Shown: positions 59,703 through 64,000 of the stretch, one piece after another
How positions within the stretch are numbered: position 1 is the first letter of the stretch
Layout of the letters: each line of letters starts with the position of its first letter
Source: a virus
Taxonomy: Duplodnaviria; Caudoviricetes
Reading direction: 5' to 3' (one strand)
DNA length: 64,000 nucleotides
IMG/VR virus record: IMGVR_UViG_3300032135_000003
Span: 66,948 to 130,947 of that record
The notes under the pieces: model-generated
The model's input: the letters and a program-made list of their open reading frames with translations, nothing else
What the model was told of the DNA's origin: nothing
Database searches by the model: none
Position numbers and translations under genes: made by a program

Positions 59703-60070
59703 TATATTGTAATTAAGGTTTTAACTTCTAAAATTATATCTGTGAATTGCCGTCTATCTAGTTTTAAATACTGTCCGTAAGCAGTGTCATAAACTTTTAA
59801 ACCCTGTATTTCTATCTCTCTGGACAACATAGCAAACTCTTCTGGGTGACAGTTATCAGCAGCTGTATAAGTACCCTTTTCCTCAATAAGTAGATTAAAC
59901 TGGATATCAAAATCAGGGAGACTAATTATTTCCTCTTGATCGTATCTATAAATTTCTACATCTTCTTCCCAGTCATATTCAGTTACCATGGGGTAAATTC
60001 TCTCCTCTGTTATACTTAACTGATCTGAGAATCTGTCAATTTGTTTTTGCATGTACGTTATATTCTGCAT
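59702..60070 (-). CDS. Hypothetical protein
   Basis: Coupled ORF. Confidence 0.55.
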   Translation of the reverse strand: MQNITYMQKQIDRFSDQLSITEERIYPMVTEYDWEEDVEIYRYDQEEIISLPDFDIQFNLLIEEKGTYTAADNCHPEEFAMLSREIEIQGLKVYDTAYGQYLKLDRRQFTDIILEVKTLITI

Positions 60071-60072
60071 AG

Positions 60073-60798
60073 TTATAAATTTTTGTTAATCCATTTATCA
60101 AATCCATTCCAATCAGTCCCAAACTTTTCATTAAACATACTTTTACATAGTTTAATCACTTCTTCTCTACTATAATTATTTTTAATAGAATGAATTGTAA
60201 CAGTATTGTGTGAATCTACTTTTGGTACCTGTAAACAAATACAATCTAAATTTTCACAATTGTCTCCATTACAGTTATTAATACATTTACTATAAACATA
60301 TTCAATCAGCACTTCGTCAATACCCCCTTCTTTACAGTACTTCTCAATAAATGCTTGAGATGGTTGAGGTAAATAAATATTACTACTATTATCTTGCGTA
60401 GGGTGTATGTCTTTTGATGTTCCAATTATTAATTTGTCCGTAGTAACTACTATTTTTCTTGAATCTTTTAAAAACACTGTATCTTCATACGCTAAACCTT
60501 TAACATTTAAAGTAGTTTTAGTTTTAGCTAATTTTAAAGAATTAACTTTACATAATCTAGGTTTTTTATCTTTATCTTCTGTATGTGAAGTTATAATATA
60601 GTCACCTTCTTTAATATCTTCATCTATTGTGAAGTATAGGTGTTGAGGTATATACCCTCTCTCTTCAATTTTATCTATAGTGCCATCATCTAATACTAAA
60701 GGATTTCCGTGTTTAGGTGTAAATTTATGCTTATTCATAAGTATTTGAGTTCTACTTTCTGTAGGTAACATAATTACCTTTGATCTTTTATCTGCCAT
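60073..60798 (-). CDS. Hypothetical protein (flavobacterial phage type)
   Basis: VIMLPT...QHLY...IKEGD...KIVVTTD...PQPSQAFIEKY...YSREEV. Confidence 0.65.
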   Translation of the reverse strand: MADKRSKVIMLPTESRTQILMNKHKFTPKHGNPLVLDDGTIDKIEERGYIPQHLYFTIDEDIKEGDYIITSHTEDKDKKPRLCKVNSLKLAKTKTTLNVKGLAYEDTVFLKDSRKIVVTTDKLIIGTSKDIHPTQDNSSNIYLPQPSQAFIEKYCKEGGIDEVLIEYVYSKCINNCNGDNCENLDCICLQVPKVDSHNTVTIHSIKNNYSREEVIKLCKSMFNEKFGTDWNGFDKWINKNL

Positions 60799-60822
60799 TT
60801 TTGTTTAGATTTAAGATTAAAA

Positions 60823-61068
60823 AGTTCTTTGCCCAAATTTCAGTTATGGGATAAGTTCAATGATTTCTCCGATGGTAGTTGCCTACTGACCTTATCTGAA
60901 TCTTCGTTCAATCTTACTTACATAAAAATAAACACAACTGATAACTGATACAGTTTATAATATTGCCCTTATAAGTATCCCCATAATTTGGTTTAAGTCC
61001 CGAAGGCTTAATAGAACATTGATTACTTCGTTTATAAGGTATTACTGTTTATTTTAAATCAAAGAACT
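60823..61068 (-). ncRNA. Candidate structured RNA module C (~245 nt, pseudoknotted)
   Basis: Closing stem AGTTCTTTG/CAAAGAACT; AAAATAAACA/TGTTTATTTT; CCTTATAA/TTATAAGG; cUUCGg and GCAA tetraloops readable only on the minus strand; crossing pairs CCAAATT/AATTTGG, TTATGGG/CCCATAA and TCAATG/CATTGA. Confidence 0.65.
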
Positions 61069-61083
61069 GATTAAATTTTTAGT

Positions 61084-61349
61084 ATGGCGCAAGGGGCTTG
61101 AACCCTATACATTCCCCATATAGAGTCTAAGCTCTCTTATAAGGTTATCCCAGTTATTATTAGTATATCAATTAGACTAAGATGAACTAATATACCTCAA
61201 AATGCACCATCCGTTACTTTTCACGGTCAGCCAGTCTTATCGTTATTTACGGGCTAATATGCTCTCTCCCTGTTTTCTCACCCGAACTGCATTTCTGATA
61301 ACGACAATCTACTATAGCGACAACTATAGATTCATTTTAAGAAACAGGG
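61084..61349 (-). ncRNA. Candidate structured RNA module B (~265 nt) with a 3' tRNA-like acceptor/T-arm
   Basis: CCCTGTTT/AAACAGGG stem with pseudoknots TCGTTAT/ATAACGA and CGGG/CCCG; ATGGTGCA/TGCGCCAT 8-bp stem next to AGGG-TTCAAGC-CCCT T-arm. Confidence 0.65.
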
Positions 61350-61361
61350 TTATTTCGTAAT

Positions 61362-61585
61362 AAAAAATTACCCGTCTTCCAATTAGAATATACAATATTT
61401 ACAGAGTCTTCGTGATGCACGAGGTAGAATTCAAGTTCTACTATACTGTTTGTATATCTTACAACAACATAAACCTTTTCTTGGATAAAGGTTGTAATAT
61501 TTTCCCTTAACCATTTTTTAGGACAAATCAGTAATTCAATGTCTATAGGTTAATAGTATTACTGTTGTTTGTAAGCGGGTAATTT
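61362..61585 (-). ncRNA. Candidate structured RNA module A (~220 nt)
   Basis: 10-bp closing stem AAATTACCCG/CGGGTAATTT then a U-run; internal CAGTAAT/ATTACTG, TTACAAC/GTTGTAA, AACCTTT/AAAGGTT, ATATACAA/TTGTATAT, GTAGAA/TTCTAC and TCGTG/CACGA. Confidence 0.6.
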
Positions 61586-61595
61586 ATTTCTTCTA

Positions 61596-61603
61596 CAAAT
61601 ATA
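61596..61603 (-). promoter_or_regulatory. -7 promoter element TATATTTG upstream of the ncRNA cluster
   Basis: CAAATATA on the plus strand, ~10 nt upstream of the module A 5' stem. Confidence 0.7.
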
Positions 61604-61817
61604 CAATAATTATTTGGAACTCTAACTACAATACAGTGTTAAATTTTTGCTTTAGTGAATTTTTTTTCAAACTCTGATTTAACTCTTACAAACCTCTTTC
61701 CCGCTTCATTTTGGTATAGAACTACTATCTCTTCTCTACCATTTGTGGCATCTATTACATTCCAGTCAGTAACATAATAGGCGGTTTTGTTCTTGTTATT
61801 CACGTAAATTTCTTGCA

Positions 61818-62201
61818 TTATGTTAGTTTTAGTGCCTTTTGTAATCCAACTTCTAGTGTATTTTCAAATACTCCAGTTATATGATTTTCAGATGTAACTT
61901 TTATTATTATTACATTTCCTATTTGATTTCTATTTTTATGAATAAAAACACCATAAGAATCTGCAAATAGGACATCTATTGATATATCTACATTATGTTC
62001 TTCTCGCAACCATTTTTGAAGTAGCGATTGAGTAGGTGCAGAATAATATCCTTTAGCCCAATTACTACCGTTCATATTACATAATTCATCACTAATATCG
62101 GTTAATCCATAGTTAGGGTGGTAATAATCTCTAACCTCTAAATCAAATCCTTTTTCCTTGGCTAATTTAGCTGTTTCAAATGTGATTAATTCTTCTTTCA
62201 T
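61818..62201 (-). CDS. Hypothetical protein (MKEELITFETAKLAKEKGF family)
   Basis: SAPTQSLLQKWLRE...GLQKALK pattern common in Bacteroidota phages. Confidence 0.7.
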   Translation of the reverse strand: MKEELITFETAKLAKEKGFDLEVRDYYHPNYGLTDISDELCNMNGSNWAKGYYSAPTQSLLQKWLREEHNVDISIDVLFADSYGVFIHKNRNQIGNVIIIKVTSENHITGVFENTLEVGLQKALKLT

Positions 62202-62424
62202 TTCTACTTGCTTTTAAACCTGTTAAAAAACCTCTGTTATATATAACTGTTACTGTAGTATCTTTTAGTCTTGGAAGTGGCGCAATTGGTAAAATAGGGG
62301 AAAGACAAAACTCTACATCATAGCAATAACCGTCTTTATAACCTTCTCCCCAGATTGTATCAAAATCTAATTGACTAAAGCTGAGGCTAATTAATATTCC
62401 TAGTGTTATTAATAATTTTTTCAT
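62176..62424 (-). CDS. Small secreted protein
   Basis: N-terminal signal peptide MKKLLITLGILISLSFS. Confidence 0.55.
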   Translation of the reverse strand: MKKLLITLGILISLSFSQLDFDTIWGEGYKDGYCYDVEFCLSPILPIAPLPRLKDTTVTVIYNRGFLTGLKASRNERRINHI

Positions 62425-62717
62425 ATCTGTCTTTTTATATAATATCCTACTTTATCAAAATCAAAACCCCCTTTACTTGGAGCGTCTATCCACCATCCAT
62501 CCGCTTCTACATTCTCTTTCCAATCATATAAATCCTCTAACAATTCAATTAGTCTACGGTTTTCCACAACAAGCCTGTTAATATCTAAGGTATGAAACGC
62601 TAACTCTCCGTTACCAAATTCCATAATCATATCAATTATTTCTTCGTTGGTTTTTAATTTATAGCCGTCCATTTGTTCGTCTTCAAATTCTTGTAATTCT
62701 TCTCTTATTGGTTTCAT
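62421..62717 (-). CDS. Hypothetical protein
   Basis: Coupled ORF. Confidence 0.55.
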   Translation of the reverse strand: MKPIREELQEFEDEQMDGYKLKTNEEIIDMIMEFGNGELAFHTLDINRLVVENRRLIELLEDLYDWKENVEADGWWIDAPSKGGFDFDKVGYYIKRQI

Positions 62718-62720
62718 AAC

Positions 62721-62912
62721 TTATCCTTTTAGGCTTCTTAATTTTTCTTTTTCAATACTTATTAAAGCATCAATATCTGCCAAATCTTCCATTAGTAATT
62801 CATACAACTCAGGATCGTCTGATACATCAAATATATCCTCTTCTATCCAGTCTCTTTTACAATATAAGTCTGCTAAGACCTCTTTTTGTTTTTCTCTTGG
62901 TGTTAGTTTCAT
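62721..62912 (-). CDS. Hypothetical acidic protein, probably leaderless
   Basis: ATG starts 5 nt from the -7 element at 62917-62924. Confidence 0.55.
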   Translation of the reverse strand: MKLTPREKQKEVLADLYCKRDWIEEDIFDVSDDPELYELLMEDLADIDALISIEKEKLRSLKG

Positions 62913-62916
62913 ATTA

Positions 62917-62946
62917 CAAATATATGATTTAACTCTTGATTAACAA
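62917..62946 (-). promoter_or_regulatory. Bacteroidota promoter (TTG-N19-TATATTTG)
   Basis: CAAATATA at 62917-62924; CAA at 62944-62946. Confidence 0.65.
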
Positions 62947-62957
62947 TACTTTTTAAT

Positions 62958-62988
62958 AAAAAATAACCCCTCTTTTTGGGAGGGGCTT
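62958..62988 (-). terminator. Intrinsic terminator after ORF 62992-63393
   Basis: CCCCTC...GAGGGG hairpin with a plus-strand A-run on its low-coordinate side. Confidence 0.7.
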
Positions 62989-62991
62989 AAT

Positions 62992-63393
62992 TTAGTCTTC
63001 GACTTTCGTCAGCTTTGCATCTTGTTTAGCCTTTGCTTCCTCCCGCAAAGTATCAATAAGCACAGCATTACCCTTCTCAATGTTCTCCATGTGAGCTTGG
63101 TGAATTAGATTAGCTACATACGTGTAGTTAAAACTCTCTACATCTCTGGTTTCAATAGTGGTTTGATTTTTATACTCCTTGTCAGAAGAAAATTCTTCCC
63201 AACTTGATTTCCCAGTTTTCTTGTCAAAGACTGGTTTTTGGCTTAAAAATAGTTTCTTTGGTGGTCTCTTTGCTGTTTCCTCGGCAATAAAACCTCTTAG
63301 AATATCAAATATTTCAGCAGGTACTTCTACCATACTACCTTGTCTGTAACCAAATGCTCTTGGATCAATTTCTACTTTGTCTTCTTTACTCAT
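62992..63393 (-). CDS. Hypothetical protein
   Basis: ORF followed by a terminator. Confidence 0.65.
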   Translation of the reverse strand: MSKEDKVEIDPRAFGYRQGSMVEVPAEIFDILRGFIAEETAKRPPKKLFLSQKPVFDKKTGKSSWEEFSSDKEYKNQTTIETRDVESFNYTYVANLIHQAHMENIEKGNAVLIDTLREEAKAKQDAKLTKVED

Positions 63394-63402
63394 AATTTAT
63401 AT

Positions 63403-63999
63403 TTAACGTTTTAACAATTCACAAATGTATTCACCTAAATTCTTAACAACATTCCCTTTACGTGTTAAGTCTATATACTGTATAATAAATTCAGGCATAT
63501 TCTCCTCTACAGTAAAACTCTCATCTACAATTAAACAGTTTTCAAACTTATCTGCAATAACCTTACTACCTTTTAACTTGGCTGTTTTTACATCTATCCA
63601 ATCTAAGTTAAAATTATACTTTTTATTAACTTCTGCCTGTAAAGGGGTAACAGTATCTTCAACAGAAACAGGGTAAGCTACAGGTGGAGATTCAATGGAG
63701 GTTTTTGAGGAGTAAGACCACAAACTATCTTCTACAGAGGTTATTACTTTCCCACCTATCTTACAGTCTTTTCTCTCTCTTATAGATTGCATAAGCCAAG
63801 GATACGAATTAACATCCCCATACTCTTTGTAAACCTCTTGTGCAATATTGTGCATTAAATCAGAAGCATTACCATAAGAAGACGTACTTGATAGAAATTC
63901 ATTTTCTTCAGACCTAAAGTCAGACCTAATAATCTCTCTAAGGAACTGTTCATTATCTGTGTATTTAATCTCAGTTACAATGTTGCTCTCAACCTGATA
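63403..63999 (-). CDS. 3' part of a larger protein truncated by the window edge
   Basis: The frame stays open upstream of ATG 63855 to nt 63999 (YQVESNIVTEIKY...ASDLMHN). Confidence 0.65.
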   Translation of the reverse strand, partial: YQVESNIVTEIKYTDNEQFLREIIRSDFRSEENEFLSSTSSYGNASDLMHNIAQEVYKEYGDVNSYPWLMQSIRERKDCKIGGKVITSVEDSLWSYSSKTSIESPPVAYPVSVEDTVTPLQAEVNKKYNFNLDWIDVKTAKLKGSKVIADKFENCLIVDESFTVEENMPEFIIQYIDLTRKGNVVKNLGEYICELLKR

Positions 64000-64000
64000 A

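Noticed and set aside
61165-61185. U-CUA-A in a loop of the tRNA-like domain as an amber-suppressor anticodon
   Set aside because: No proper 5-bp anticodon stem or D arm; the loop is better explained by complementarity to TTAGACT in the neighbouring hairpin.
61081-61590. tmRNA or a standard tRNA gene
   Set aside because: No GGGG 5' end or alanine G3-U70 identity, no recognisable tag reading frame, and no cloverleaf of normal size.
1-64000. Genome-wide TAG-to-Gln recoding as in some crAss-like phages
   Set aside because: Genes of 5-7 kb read through in the standard code, and TAG terminates several genes (e.g. at 38391, 38730, 38811, 45490); only one internal TAG was seen.

Overview
AT-rich 64-kb segment of a podovirus-type phage of the crAss-like radiation (Crassvirales relatives, resembling Cellulophaga/Flavobacterium/Tenacibaculum phages), inferred to infect Bacteroidota. 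The + strand (1-38.7 kb) is the virion module: IHF-like gene, tail tubular/ring protein, a tail-stabilisation ('muzzle') gene that appears split around an adhesin cassette, a GH73 muralytic protein, giant cargo/ejection proteins (one a polyvalent protein with a triplicated LPD-metallopeptidase unit) and membrane/lysis-type genes. The - strand (38.8-64 kb) is the early/replication module: T5 A1-like metallophosphoesterase, an amber-interrupted HNH endonuclease, primase, DnaB-like helicase, phosphoesterase, Rnl2-like RNA ligase, intein-containing class II ribonucleotide reductase, PD-(D/E)XK nuclease, PolB-like 3'-5' exonuclease, nucleotidyltransferase and many small ORFs. Bacteroidota sigma70-type promoters (TTTG-N~20-TAnnTTTG) occur in both modules, and I found no virion RNA polymerase motif in the window. 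The most striking unexplained element is an ORF-free ~770-nt stretch (60.8-61.6 kb) behind its own promoter that folds by eye into three pseudoknot/hairpin-rich RNA modules, one ending in an 8/4 tRNA-like acceptor/T-arm. A second compact structured RNA candidate lies at 36.03-36.14 kb. All functional calls come from motif recognition by eye; no database searches were run.
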